A stretch of 64,000 nucleotides of DNA from Candidatus Eiseniibacteriota bacterium (GCA_963783375.1 CAWANH010000028.1:1-64000), one strand, 5' to 3'; positions 51,562 through 62,116 are shown, numbered from the stretch's first letter. Notes: generated from the sequence alone by a model not told the origin. Numbers and translations: made by a program.

Positions 51562-54500
51562 TCAGCGCATGAGCACCGCCTTGGCGGTCCGCACCGCCCC
51601 CGCCGCCTGGACGCGGACGAAGTAGATGCCGTTCCCCAGCACCGCCCCGCGATCGTCGCGTCCGTCCCAGGTGATCATATGGGAGCCGGCGCTGAGCGAC
51701 TCACCCCGGATGAACGCGCGCACCCGGCGGCCCGCCATGTCGTAGATCGCGACCTCGACCGGACCCTCGGCAGGGAGGCTGAAGCGAATCTCCCCGCTCG
51801 CCCCGATCGGGTTGGGCGCCATGGGGAGGAGCCGGAGCGCCGTGCCGCCGGCCGGCCCATCCGTAACCGCGGTGACCTGTAGCAGGCTCACCGCCACCGT
51901 ATCGGCGCCGGCGTTGGTGTCGATCGCCACCGAGCAGCTGTCCGGGCCGAGCATGTTCCCGGTCACGCAGACCTGGAAGGAGGTGCTGTCCCCGGGGAAG
52001 ACCTCGTTGGAGAGGCCGGTGAGATCCAGGGAGAACTGGCCGGCGTCGCACCCGGAGATCGAGTTGATCACCAGGAAGCCGTCGCCGGCATTTCGCACCG
52101 TGACCGCACCGCATTCGGTGCTCCCCGCCGCCACCGTGTTGAAGGTGATAGATGCCGGATCCACCGCGAGCTGGGGCAGAGCGGAGCAGGCGCCGCAACC
52201 CAGGGTGATGGCGTGGATCTCGATGTCGTCGATGTAGGTGCCGGTCGCCCCCACGCTTCCGTCCGAACCCATCTCGTAGGCCACGGCGATGGTCTTCCCG
52301 GCTAGGCCCGGGTACTGGACGCGGATGTGCTCGAAGTTCGGGAGGGTGTTGCCGGACCAGGCCGAGAGATTCTGGAGCGGATTGGCCAGGGTACCGCTGG
52401 ACCGCACGATCTGCGTCCGGTACTGGCCCTCGAAGAGGGTGCTGAAGGCCCCGGCCAGCACGTCGGATCCTCCCACCCGGATCTTCATGAGGGCCCCGTC
52501 GTAGCCCTCACGTCCGTTCCCCACCTCCTCGTTGTCGTAGGTCACGTTGAAGGAGACCTCGACCAGGTCGGCTCCGCCGGGAACCACGTAGGAAGGGGTC
52601 TGCATCCGGCTCCAGTTGGTGTCGGGGCGATCCACGCAGAACGCGGATCGGATGCCCGAGGCGGCCTGGGCGGTGGAGACCGCCCAGGGGTTGGCCACCC
52701 CCTTCCTCTGGGTCCAGGTCCAGGCGGCGGGGAGCCCGGAAGTCGTCCCCTCGAAATCCTCGGAGAGAAGCACGGAGTCCGCGACCACCGTCCCGGTGGG
52801 GACGGAGAAGTCGAAGGCGAAGTCCCCCTGGTCCGTGGTTCCGGCCAGATGGAAGTCGATGGCGGCGCCGCAGGGATAGCCCGGGTCCAGCCGGATCCGG
52901 AACGGGGCGGTGTTGGCTCCCGAGGCCAGGGGCGCCGTCGACGGCCAGCTCTCGGTCCCGTCCAGCACCGCGACCAGGGGGTTCCCCGTGCTCAGGACGG
53001 CGGAGACACCGGTGAGCGTCCCCGCGCACCGGTTCTGAAGGGTCAGGGTCAGCTCACCCAGCTCGTTCGCGGTCAGGAACCCGTCGGGGTTGCACCCGAT
53101 GTCGTTCACCGCCGTTCCGGTGAGGAGGACCGAGGCCTGAGTCGGTTCGGCATCGTTCACCGCCACGTAGGCATCGGGCCAGTCGGTGGTGTAGCTCGCC
53201 CCGTCGGTGCGGGCGTAAGAGGCGTAGAGCCGCCGCGTCCCCGAAACCACCTGGGAGACGCACTGGCTGTAGTCGCCGATGTTGGGGGCCCCGGTGTCCT
53301 GGCCGTACTCGGCGTGGAACGGCGCCGCGGTCAAGGGGGCGGGACAAGCCCAGGTGGCGCCGCCGTCCTCACTATGGGAGTGCATGATCTCGGTGAGATC
53401 GCTCCCCGCGGAACCGGCCCGCTGGTCGTACCAGGTGGCGTCCACTCCGCCGTCGGTGGCGGTCGAGATCCAGGGGAAGAACTGGCAGCGGTCGTTTCCG
53501 GGATCGGTGTTGAGGGCCAAGGGGGAGGTCCAGGTCTGGCCGCTATCCGCCGAGGCCACGGTGTAGACGTCACCGAAGTCCGCGGTCTCCATGCTCGCGT
53601 AGATGACGTGCAGGGAACCGTCGGCCGGGCTCACCGAGAGAGCGGGAAATCCGTTGATGCGATCGCTCCCGAAGGGAGGCAGCGGGGTGTTCACCCCGGT
53701 CACCACGTCCACCGGTGCGCTCCAGGTGGCGCCGTTGTCCGAGGATCGCACGAAGGAGATCGCGTTGGGGGAGCCGAAGCTCCGCCAGACGATGTAGGCC
53801 TTGTCGCTCAGGGGGTCGAAGCGGGGGCAGCTCCCCTGGCCGTCCTGGGGCCGGGTTCCGTAGGCGGTGACCGGGGCCCAGTTGAGTCCGAAGTCGTCGG
53901 TATAGGTCGCGGACATCTTCGAGGTGGAGCCGAAGCTGGTCCAGCTGAGGAGCACCCGCCCGGTCTCCGGGTCCACGTCGATGAACTCCTTGTCGGCGAA
54001 CAGGGACGAGCTGTTGACCGGGGCGGCCGCGCGCGGCCCGGTCCAGGTCACCCCGCCGTCGGTGGAGATGTGGATGCAGAGGCTGTTGAGGCCGCTCGGA
54101 GTGAGATAGATGGAGCTGAAGACGAAGACCTTGCTTCCGTCGTTGGGGTTCACCCACACCTTCACGTCGGGATCGCCGTACACCGCGTCCCCCCCGCCGG
54201 CCACCGGGAGCTGTCCGCCGTAGGTGAAGGTCTGGCCGCCGTCGTGGGACCAGGCGAAACCGGTGACGCTGATGCCGCCGGGGTTCGAGAAACCGAGGGC
54301 GTCGTTGAAGCCCACCACCACGGTGTCGCCGCTGGCCGCGATCGAGGTCTCGCTCTGAAAGCGCGCCACCCCGGGCGTCACGTCCACGTCGGCCCCCCCT
54401 ACGTTCACCGGGGAGAGACCGATCTCCGGGCCGACGAGGACCTGGAGCGGCGTCGGCCGGGTGAGGCTCCGGATCCAGTCCGGCCGGGGGGTCCTCCCCA

Positions 54501-54666
54501 TCAGGAGCGCCCCCATGGCCGAAGGTTCGGGGCGCTCGCGGTTCGACTTGTCCGGAGCCACCGCGGTGGCGGGCAGGCTCAGGATCAGAACCAGGGCGAG
54601 GACGGAAGCGAGCACCGAGAATCGAAATCGAAGCTTCCTATTGAATCGGGGGGGATGCGGGGACAT
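51562..54666 (-). CDS. Secreted BNR/Asp-box (sialidase-like) propeller protein with Ig-like domains and a C-terminal FlgD-Ig tail
   Basis: Signal peptide; repeated SxDGGxTW/F; GDP, DKE, IGDY; tail PNP..IYDMAGRRVR..TWDGRDDRG..GIYFVR. Confidence 0.82.
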   Translation of the reverse strand: MSPHPPRFNRKLRFRFSVLASVLALVLILSLPATAVAPDKSNRERPEPSAMGALLMGRTPRPDWIRSLTRPTPLQVLVGPEIGLSPVNVGGADVDVTPGVARFQSETSIAASGDTVVVGFNDALGFSNPGGISVTGFAWSHDGGQTFTYGGQLPVAGGGDAVYGDPDVKVWVNPNDGSKVFVFSSIYLTPSGLNSLCIHISTDGGVTWTGPRAAAPVNSSSLFADKEFIDVDPETGRVLLSWTSFGSTSKMSATYTDDFGLNWAPVTAYGTRPQDGQGSCPRFDPLSDKAYIVWRSFGSPNAISFVRSSDNGATWSAPVDVVTGVNTPLPPFGSDRINGFPALSVSPADGSLHVIYASMETADFGDVYTVASADSGQTWTSPLALNTDPGNDRCQFFPWISTATDGGVDATWYDQRAGSAGSDLTEIMHSHSEDGGATWACPAPLTAAPFHAEYGQDTGAPNIGDYSQCVSQVVSGTRRLYASYARTDGASYTTDWPDAYVAVNDAEPTQASVLLTGTAVNDIGCNPDGFLTANELGELTLTLQNRCAGTLTGVSAVLSTGNPLVAVLDGTESWPSTAPLASGANTAPFRIRLDPGYPCGAAIDFHLAGTTDQGDFAFDFSVPTGTVVADSVLLSEDFEGTTSGLPAAWTWTQRKGVANPWAVSTAQAASGIRSAFCVDRPDTNWSRMQTPSYVVPGGADLVEVSFNVTYDNEEVGNGREGYDGALMKIRVGGSDVLAGAFSTLFEGQYRTQIVRSSGTLANPLQNLSAWSGNTLPNFEHIRVQYPGLAGKTIAVAYEMGSDGSVGATGTYIDDIEIHAITLGCGACSALPQLAVDPASITFNTVAAGSTECGAVTVRNAGDGFLVINSISGCDAGQFSLDLTGLSNEVFPGDSTSFQVCVTGNMLGPDSCSVAIDTNAGADTVAVSLLQVTAVTDGPAGGTALRLLPMAPNPIGASGEIRFSLPAEGPVEVAIYDMAGRRVRAFIRGESLSAGSHMITWDGRDDRGAVLGNGIYFVRVQAAGAVRTAKAVLMR

Positions 54667-54706
54667 GGGTGCGAGACCTCCTTCGGGGCCCGGCCGGGGC
54701 CGGGTA

Positions 54707-55756
54707 TCACTTGCGTCGATGGGAGCCGGAGTACGCCTTCTCTCCCGCCCGAACCGGAACCGGCAGCACGTTTCCTTCGGGCGGGAGAGGGCAGGTGGTG
54801 TACGGGTTGAAAGCGCAGGGCGGGTTGTAGGCAGCGTTGAAGTCGAGCGAGACCCGGTCGTCGGGCCTTCGTTCGGCGGAAAGAAACCGTCCCCCGCCGT
54901 AGGTCTCTCCGCCGCTGGTGGCGTCCTGGAAGATGAAGAAGAGGTCCCGGGGAGAGCCGGGGTCCTCGACGATCGGGTAGAGGGTGAGGGTCTTCCCGGC
55001 GAGCCGGAACTTCACCGGCCCCGGGCAGTCGACGGAGTCGGTGACCCCGATGACGTCGTCGATCGCGATCTTCCGCGGGGTCGGATAGGGGTCGAGAACA
55101 CCGGTGACCCGGTAGGCGGGATCGACGGGGTAGAAGTCCACCCCGGTGAAATCCCGAAGGATCGGAGAGCGGGGGTCGCGCATGCGGATGGCGGTCCGAT
55201 CCCCCCGCCGGATGACCCAGAGCTTCACCCGCCCCACGCTGAGCCGGTCGGGAGCACCGGTATCGTCGGCGGCCAGGACGCGCTCGGTGACCGGCGCGCC
55301 ATCCAGAAGCACCGCGGCGCCCGGCGCGACCTTCACCGTCACTCTCGGTCCGTCGGGGCCCTTTTCCAGAACGAAGGTTCCGGCCTCGGCGGGCCCGACG
55401 CCTTCGGGAAGGGTGACCGGGTTCCCGGGATCGCTCCCGAACGCGTTCGGTCCCGGCTCCAGGAAAAAGAGCCCGGCCACGGCGAGCCAGCCCTCCGGAG
55501 AGCGAAGGCGCTCCTCCCGCCGGGCCCTGAGGACGGCCATGGAGTCGGCGTAGGTCGCTTCGGTCGCGGGCGTCTCCGCCCGGACCTCCGCTTCGCCCGC
55601 CGAGGCCTCGGCGCGGGGAGCGAGAGCCCTCAGGGACGCCGCCGCGGCCAGAACCCCCAGGAACCCGACCAGAAGGGCCCGTGGACGGAGTTTGCCCCAG
55701 GCAGGAGCGGACCGAGGGGGGGGGAACCGCAGGGTCATTGGTAAAGTATACCGCAT
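54707..55756 (-). CDS. DUF1684 family protein
   Basis: GWLAVAGL, FQDATSGGETYGGGRFL, LDFNAAYNPPCAF..TCPLPP..N; exact start uncertain. Confidence 0.88.
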   Translation of the reverse strand: MRYTLPMTLRFPPPRSAPAWGKLRPRALLVGFLGVLAAAASLRALAPRAEASAGEAEVRAETPATEATYADSMAVLRARREERLRSPEGWLAVAGLFFLEPGPNAFGSDPGNPVTLPEGVGPAEAGTFVLEKGPDGPRVTVKVAPGAAVLLDGAPVTERVLAADDTGAPDRLSVGRVKLWVIRRGDRTAIRMRDPRSPILRDFTGVDFYPVDPAYRVTGVLDPYPTPRKIAIDDVIGVTDSVDCPGPVKFRLAGKTLTLYPIVEDPGSPRDLFFIFQDATSGGETYGGGRFLSAERRPDDRVSLDFNAAYNPPCAFNPYTTCPLPPEGNVLPVPVRAGEKAYSGSHRRK

Positions 55757-55817
55757 GTGCCGCCCCGGGTCCCGCCGGGGTTATCCTCTGATGGGCTCGA
55801 ATCGGGAGGTAACTATC

Positions 55818-56090
55818 ATGGGCTGTGGTTGTCTGTTGCTCGTCGTGGGGATGGCGTTTCCCCGATTTACCATCCTCCTGCTCTGGATCTTCACCCATTG
55901 GTTCCGGGGGATGTTCGACAACTGGCTGATCCCCGTCCTGGGATTCCTGCTTCTTCCCTACACGTTTCTCTGGTACAGCGTCGTCCTGCACGTCTTCGGC
56001 GGGGTCTGGGGGTTCTGGCCGGTGCTCATCCTCATCGTGGCCGTGATTGCCGACCTCACCTCCTACGGCGGGGCTCGAAGGAAGCGGTGA
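55818..56090 (+). CDS. Small hydrophobic membrane protein
   Basis: MGCGCLL..PRF..LGFLLLPYT; GGAGGT RBS. Confidence 0.75.
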   Translation: MGCGCLLLVVGMAFPRFTILLLWIFTHWFRGMFDNWLIPVLGFLLLPYTFLWYSVVLHVFGGVWGFWPVLILIVAVIADLTSYGGARRKR

Positions 56091-56358
56091 TCCCCGCTCG
56101 TCGGGTGGGCCGACCCGCCGGGGGCGGGTCGCGCGCCCGGGTAGATGAACGGGCGCCGCCGGGCGGACCAAGGCCTCGGGTACCGGTGGTCGTTCCCCCG
56201 AAGGGCCCGCCTTGCGGTCCCTTCCGGCCTCCCGGTATCCCCTGAACCTCCTCCTTGTTCCCGGCGGCGCCCAAAATTCGGAACGCCACACTCCGATCGG
56301 CGCGCTGCGGACTCGGGTGCGGAGGAGGCCGCATCCCGAGAGCGTGGACTCCAGAGCC

Positions 56359-56541
56359 CGCGCCGTGACCGGGGCGGTCGTGATGAAGCCCTGAAGAACA
56401 TGTCAATCTGATTGCGGCGGGTCAGGAGAATCCGAGGAGAACCTTGGCGAGCTGTCCGGGCACGTTCATTCAACCTCTCCGGCGGTGAGACGACTCCGTA
56501 CCCCGGGGGGGAGCCGGGAGAACCCGCGGGTCACAGGTCGC
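56359..56541. ncRNA. Candidate structured non-coding RNA, family unassigned
   Basis: Nested complementary segments and AGAA-looped hairpins in a non-coding gap (see findings). Confidence 0.4.
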
Positions 56542-56672
56542 ACGCCACTGCTATTCTCCAAGCGGGGCTTTCTACTTCTACGCTCGAACCCGATGAAAAT
56601 CAAGTCCCTTTTGAGCGCCCGAAGGGCCACCTTCTTTTCCGAACCGTCCGGTGTGCTACCTTTGTGCAACCT

Positions 56673-57074
56673 ATGAGCGATCGGGATCCTGATCTTCTCA
56701 GCCAGCGCCGGAAGGCGGAGTCGCTGGGCGTTCCCGGCACCCGCCGGCACATCTTCCTATGCTGCGACCAGACCGAGCCGAAGTGTTGCGAGCGCGAACG
56801 CTCCCTCGAGGCCTGGGCGTATCTGAAGAAGCGCCTCAAGGAGATGGGGCTCTCCGAGCAAGGCGGCATCTACCGGACCAAGGCCAACTGTCTGCGGATC
56901 TGCGAGGGAGGCCCCATCGCCCTGGTCTATCCCGAGGGCGCCTGGTACAACCACTGCGATCCTCCGGTTCTGGAACGGATCATTCAAGAGCACCTGATCG
57001 GTGGGCGGCCGGTGGAAGAGCACCTCATCATCCGGCACGCTCTCGATCCCGGCCCATCCCCCGATACGCCCTGA
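56673..57074 (+). CDS. Thioredoxin-like [2Fe-2S] ferredoxin
   Basis: [39 protein letters not shown]. Confidence 0.9.
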   Translation: MSDRDPDLLSQRRKAESLGVPGTRRHIFLCCDQTEPKCCERERSLEAWAYLKKRLKEMGLSEQGGIYRTKANCLRICEGGPIALVYPEGAWYNHCDPPVLERIIQEHLIGGRPVEEHLIIRHALDPGPSPDTP

Positions 57075-57095
57075 ACGGGCGCCAAGGAAGCGGAC

Positions 57096-59162
57096 ATGGA
57101 GTCCAAGACCCCTCCCAAACTCCCGGTCAACGTCGTCGAACCCGCCCGGCTGAAGCCCGGGGTCTCCCTGGAAGACATCCCCGATGCCCCCGGGGCGGGC
57201 TCGTCCCCCGCCGGCGGCGACCGGATCATCCGGGGCCACGCGCTCATCTTCTGGGACCCCGACCGGCCCGAGTCGAAGCTCGACGCCATCGACACCGATC
57301 AGATCACCCCGGCCCGGGACTGCGTCTCCGAGAGCCTGGATTCCCTGGATGAAAAGTGGAAGGAGGGGGCGTTTCGCTACCTCATGCCCGACTTCCGGGA
57401 GCGGGTCCATCGCGGAGAGACCTTCGTGGTGGCCGGCGACCGGTTCGCGATCGGCTCCTCCCGGGAGATGAGTCCGGCCGGGCTCAAGGCGGTGGCCGAG
57501 GAGGTCGGTCTCTCCCTGGTGATCGTGTGCGGGAACAACATGGGGGACATCTTCCGCCGAAACGCGTTCAACCTGGGGCTCCAGGTAGTCCAGTCCCCGG
57601 AGGCGGTGGCCGACGCCCGGGACGGCGACACGTTCTCCTTCGACCCCGATACCCGGGTTCTCACCAACGAGACCCGGGAGCGGCAGTACCAGCCGCTCCC
57701 CCTCTCCCCCAAGGAAGACGAGATCCGCCGGACGGGGGGAATCTACGCGGTGGGCCGCCGGGAGTTCCGGGAGTCGGTGCGCAGGACCCCCCGGGTGGAA
57801 TGGCCGGATCCGGCGACCGCGGACCGCCTCACCGCCACCGAGCAGATCGTCTGGGCCCATCGGGTGGACAAGGAGGCCGAGGTGAAGCCGGGAGCCACGG
57901 TCAGGGTCTACGCCGACCTCCTCCCCGCCTCGGACGGGACCGCCCCGTTCGCCATCCACACCTTCAACACCATCACCGGGGGCGACACGATCTACCCCCG
58001 ACGGATCGCGGTGGCCAACGACCACTTCGTCTTTACCGGCCGCGAAGCCGACGACCACCAGACCGCGATCGGCCGGGAGTTCGCCCTCCGGCAGGAGATC
58101 GGAAGACCCTTCTACGCCACCCCCGGTGATGGGATCTTCCACTTCTACTTCCCCGAGCAGGGCCTGGTGGCGCCGGGCCAGTTCATCCCGGGGGCCGACT
58201 CCCACAGCCGGGCCTATGGGGCCTACGGGGCGGTGGGGATCGGGGTCGGCTCGACCACCCTGGGCTTCGGCTGGTCGACGGGCTATATCTACTTCACCCC
58301 CGCCCGCGCGCGCCGGGTCACCTTCGTGGGCAGGCTTCATCCCTGGGTGAGCGGCAAGGACATCGTGCTCACTCTCCTTCAGCGGTGGGGAGCCCGCCAG
58401 TCGGAAGGCATGTCGGTGGAGTTCGTGGACCGGGATCGCCAGCTTCCCGTGGCCTACCGGAACACCATCTGCAACATGATGGCCGAGGGCGAGGCCCAGA
58501 ACGGCATCTTCCCCGCCGACGAGACCACCCTCGAGTGGTACCGGAAGAAGGGGATGACCGATCTCCCCTACCCGCCGGTCGTTCCGGGGAAGAACGCGGT
58601 GTACGCGCTGGACGAGACCTTCGACCTGGCCGACGTCACGCCCATGATCGCCAAGCCCTTCAGCCCGGCCAACGCCTACCCGGCCGAGGAGGTCGCCCGG
58701 GAACGGATCACCTTCGACAAGGCCTACATCGGCTCCTGCACCAATGGGAGCTACGACGATCTCCTTCAGGCCGCCCTGGTGGTGCGCGCGGCCCGGGCGG
58801 GCGGCCACCGGAGGGTGGAGCGGGACCTCGTCATCTTCCCCGGGTCGGGAGGAGTCAAGCGGGCCATCGAAAACCCCGACCCGAGGCTCGACGGCGAGTC
58901 CATCGCCGACGTCTTCCGCTCGGTGGGGGGCCTCATCCGCGACTCCTGGTGCGGACCTTGCTTCGGCCAGGGTCCCGACGCCCTGAAACCCGGGGAGCGG
59001 GCCATCACCTCTTTCAACCGCAACTGGCAAAATCGGATGGGTTTGGGAGGAGAGGGCTACCTGGCCAGCCCGTCGGTGGTGGCCGCCTCGGCCCTGACCG
59101 GCTACATGGCGCCCCCCTCCGAACTGGATCTTCACTGGGACCCGCACGCCTTCGAGCCCTGA
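57096..59162 (+). CDS. Aconitase-family dehydratase, fused LeuD-like swivel plus LeuC-like domain (isopropylmalate isomerase/homoaconitase-like)
   Basis: IDTDQITP, FAIGSSRE, IFRRNAFNLG; then NDH, GIFH, GADSHS, IGSCTNG, CGPC, SFNRN..RMG, YLASP. Confidence 0.85.
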   Translation: MESKTPPKLPVNVVEPARLKPGVSLEDIPDAPGAGSSPAGGDRIIRGHALIFWDPDRPESKLDAIDTDQITPARDCVSESLDSLDEKWKEGAFRYLMPDFRERVHRGETFVVAGDRFAIGSSREMSPAGLKAVAEEVGLSLVIVCGNNMGDIFRRNAFNLGLQVVQSPEAVADARDGDTFSFDPDTRVLTNETRERQYQPLPLSPKEDEIRRTGGIYAVGRREFRESVRRTPRVEWPDPATADRLTATEQIVWAHRVDKEAEVKPGATVRVYADLLPASDGTAPFAIHTFNTITGGDTIYPRRIAVANDHFVFTGREADDHQTAIGREFALRQEIGRPFYATPGDGIFHFYFPEQGLVAPGQFIPGADSHSRAYGAYGAVGIGVGSTTLGFGWSTGYIYFTPARARRVTFVGRLHPWVSGKDIVLTLLQRWGARQSEGMSVEFVDRDRQLPVAYRNTICNMMAEGEAQNGIFPADETTLEWYRKKGMTDLPYPPVVPGKNAVYALDETFDLADVTPMIAKPFSPANAYPAEEVARERITFDKAYIGSCTNGSYDDLLQAALVVRAARAGGHRRVERDLVIFPGSGGVKRAIENPDPRLDGESIADVFRSVGGLIRDSWCGPCFGQGPDALKPGERAITSFNRNWQNRMGLGGEGYLASPSVVAASALTGYMAPPSELDLHWDPHAFEP

Positions 59163-59336
59163 CCGGGAACCGCCCCCCACCGGCCGATCCCCGCGCGAAT
59201 CACCGGCGGACTCCGGCCCCCCCACCGCATTTTCCCGTAGAATGGCTTGAACGCTTCGGGACTCCCCCTCGTCCAACCCTTTGCAAGCCCCTCGGTCCGT
59301 TTGTGTGCCCGCCTCCAACCCCGGGAAGGTATGCCC

Positions 59337-62000
59337 ATGCGACGGATCAAGCTGTGCCCGGCCCGCGTCCCCGGCCATCCGGCCCTCCTCGCCGTCCTGA
59401 CCGCGGCGATCGTCGTCGGCCTCTGGGGGGCCGCCGCCGAGGCCGTCCAGGCCACCTTCGCCGGCTTCATCCCCCAGCCGGCCTCGGACGGTCCCGCCGC
59501 CCAGGCCAACGGGCGCCTATCCCCGATCCCCACCATCGCCGCCCACCGGCTCGACTCCGGCGAGGCGATCAAGGTGGACGGCCGCCTGGACGATGCGGGC
59601 TGGAAGCGCGCGGAGGCGGGCTCGGGGTTCACCGAATGGGAGCCCGACCGGGGGAAGATCCCCACCGAGGAGACGGTGTTCAAGGTGGCCTTCGACGAGT
59701 CCGCGGTCTACTTCGCGGTGGCCTGCCTGGAGGACGACCCGTCCAAGGTGTCCGCGGCCCTCTCCCGGCGCGACCAGATGACCAACACCGATCTGGTGAG
59801 CGTGTACATCGACCCCTATCACGACCGTTCCACCGGCTACAACTTCCGGGTGAATCCTCTGGGGGTACAGCAGGACGCCTACATGTTCGACGACGGAAAC
59901 CGGGATGACGACTGGGACGCGGTCTGGCAGGCCGAGACCTACCGGGACGCCAGCGGGTGGTACGCCGAAATACGCATCCCCTTCTCCTCCATTCGCTACC
60001 GTCAGGGGCAGGGCACGTGGGGGCTCCAGGTCTATCGCTACATGCACGGGCGGGGGGAGGACACCGCCTGGATCACCTGGGACCGGGAGAAGAGCGGGTT
60101 CGTGAGCCGGTTCGGAAGCCTCACCGGCCTCCGGGGCATCCCCGCGCCGAGGCAGCTCGAGATCCTCCCCTACGTGGTGCAGCGGAGCACCGATCCTTCG
60201 GCCCCGGCCGGCGAGGACGGGATCGACAACTTCGAGAACTTCGGCGCCGACGTCAAGTACGGGGTGACGTCGGATCTCACCCTGAACGCCACCTTCCAGC
60301 CCGACTTCGGCCAGGTCGAGGCGGACCCCGCGGTCCTGAACCTCTCCCCCTTCGAGACCTTCTACGACGAGAAGCGCCCGTTCTTCATCGAGGGGAGCCG
60401 CTTCTTCCAGATGCCGAACTTCAACCTCTTCTACTCCCGGCGTATCGGGACCGGCGGCTCCAGCTCCCGCATCCGCTACGCAACCAAGGTCACCGGGAAG
60501 ACCACGAACGACCTGTCGCTGGCGTTTCTGGCCGCCTCGACCGACGTCACCGGGCACGGCCAGGCCCACAATTTCCTGAAGGGCGGGAACCAGGTCTCGC
60601 GGTACTTCGTGGGCCGGATGGGCCGCGAGTTCAAGCAGGGGAAGTACCGGTTCAACCTCATGCAGACCGCGGTTCTGAACTCCGCCGACCGGGCGACCTA
60701 CGGCGACTTCGCCTCACGGGAGGCCTATACCAGCGGGGCCGATTTCGACCTCACCTTCCGCGACCGCAGGTACGAGATCCTGGGCTCCTTCGTGGGCTCG
60801 GCGGTGGATCCGGAGGCCCTTCCCTCTGACCCGGGCGTCGACGCCTCCCGCCGGTACGGAACCGGAGGGGAGCTGGACGTGGCCAAGCACGGGGGGACCT
60901 GGCAATGGAGCGCGTGGGGGCGATGGGAGAGCGACCGGCTGGAGCTCAACGACATCGGGTTCCTGAGCGCCCCCGACGAGATGAACACCGGGTTCTGGGT
61001 GGGGTACCGCTACAACCCCGACGGGAAGAGCGCGCGCCTGAATCAGGCCAATCTCAACTACAACTTCTACAAGAGCTGGCTCTACGGGGCGCGCACCGGC
61101 CGCGATCTGGCCGGCGGGGAACCGGTATGGTCCTACGGTCGCGGCCACCGGCAGTCCCTGGACACCAACATCAACGGGTGGGCCCAGTTCCGGAACTACC
61201 GGGAAGCCTGGTTCGGGGTGGAGCTGATGCCCGAGGGGACCCAGCGCTACGAGACCCGGAGCCGGGTGACCCTCGAGAACGGGGACGAGGTCTCGATCCC
61301 CGGCGGCGGCCCCCTCATGAGCGAGCCCACCACCTACGGCGGCTGGATCGGCGCCTCCACCGACACCCGCAAGGATCTGGTGCTGAACACGGAGTGGAGC
61401 CACTATCGCGACGTCGCGCGAAACCATTCCACCCACGGGAGCCTCAGCCTCAGGTGGAACGAGTCGAGCGCGGTGAACCACGAGATCGGTCTGGGGGCGA
61501 GCTACCGGGTGGACGATACCCAGCATATCGGGAACTTCGAGAACCCCGGCGGGGGCATCGGCGGGGTGAGCTACGTGTTCGGGAAGATCCGGCAGAAAAC
61601 GGTGGATCTCACCCTGCGCACCAACCTTCTCTTCAGCCGGAACCAATCCCTGGGGCTTTATGCCCAGCCCTACATCAGCGTGGGCAACTTCACCGACGCC
61701 AAGGAGCTGGCTCGTCCCGACTCCTACGACTTCCTTCCCTACGAACGGAACGGGCTCCGGGCGGCGGACTCGGACTTCATCTACACTTCGGTCAACGTGA
61801 ACGCGGTCTACCGGTGGGAGTATCGTTCGGGGAGCACCCTGTTCCTGGTCTGGACCCACAGCCGCTCCAGCTCGGAGGACCGAGGCTCCCACGCGGGCTC
61901 CCCGGGGTCCTTCCACAACGACCTCGGTACCGGCGCGCTCTTCCGGAACGAGCCCGAGAACACGGTCCTGGCCAAGGTTACCTACTGGATCCCCATCTAG
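59337..62000 (+). CDS. CBM9-like domain plus DUF5916 outer-membrane protein
   Basis: IKVDGRLDD, WYAEIRIPFSSIRY, NATFQPDFGQVEAD, EKRPFFIEG, LFYSRRIG, terminal KVTYW. Confidence 0.85.
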   Translation: MRRIKLCPARVPGHPALLAVLTAAIVVGLWGAAAEAVQATFAGFIPQPASDGPAAQANGRLSPIPTIAAHRLDSGEAIKVDGRLDDAGWKRAEAGSGFTEWEPDRGKIPTEETVFKVAFDESAVYFAVACLEDDPSKVSAALSRRDQMTNTDLVSVYIDPYHDRSTGYNFRVNPLGVQQDAYMFDDGNRDDDWDAVWQAETYRDASGWYAEIRIPFSSIRYRQGQGTWGLQVYRYMHGRGEDTAWITWDREKSGFVSRFGSLTGLRGIPAPRQLEILPYVVQRSTDPSAPAGEDGIDNFENFGADVKYGVTSDLTLNATFQPDFGQVEADPAVLNLSPFETFYDEKRPFFIEGSRFFQMPNFNLFYSRRIGTGGSSSRIRYATKVTGKTTNDLSLAFLAASTDVTGHGQAHNFLKGGNQVSRYFVGRMGREFKQGKYRFNLMQTAVLNSADRATYGDFASREAYTSGADFDLTFRDRRYEILGSFVGSAVDPEALPSDPGVDASRRYGTGGELDVAKHGGTWQWSAWGRWESDRLELNDIGFLSAPDEMNTGFWVGYRYNPDGKSARLNQANLNYNFYKSWLYGARTGRDLAGGEPVWSYGRGHRQSLDTNINGWAQFRNYREAWFGVELMPEGTQRYETRSRVTLENGDEVSIPGGGPLMSEPTTYGGWIGASTDTRKDLVLNTEWSHYRDVARNHSTHGSLSLRWNESSAVNHEIGLGASYRVDDTQHIGNFENPGGGIGGVSYVFGKIRQKTVDLTLRTNLLFSRNQSLGLYAQPYISVGNFTDAKELARPDSYDFLPYERNGLRAADSDFIYTSVNVNAVYRWEYRSGSTLFLVWTHSRSSSEDRGSHAGSPGSFHNDLGTGALFRNEPENTVLAKVTYWIPI

Positions 62001-62116
62001 CGGGGGTTCATGGGGTTGCGGGTTTTCGGGGGGAGAATGTGCTAGACTGCCCTTGCCTTTTGACCCGGTCTTCAACGGTCGGCCGCGGGTCGGCCTCCAA
62101 TCCAGAGGAAAACCCG

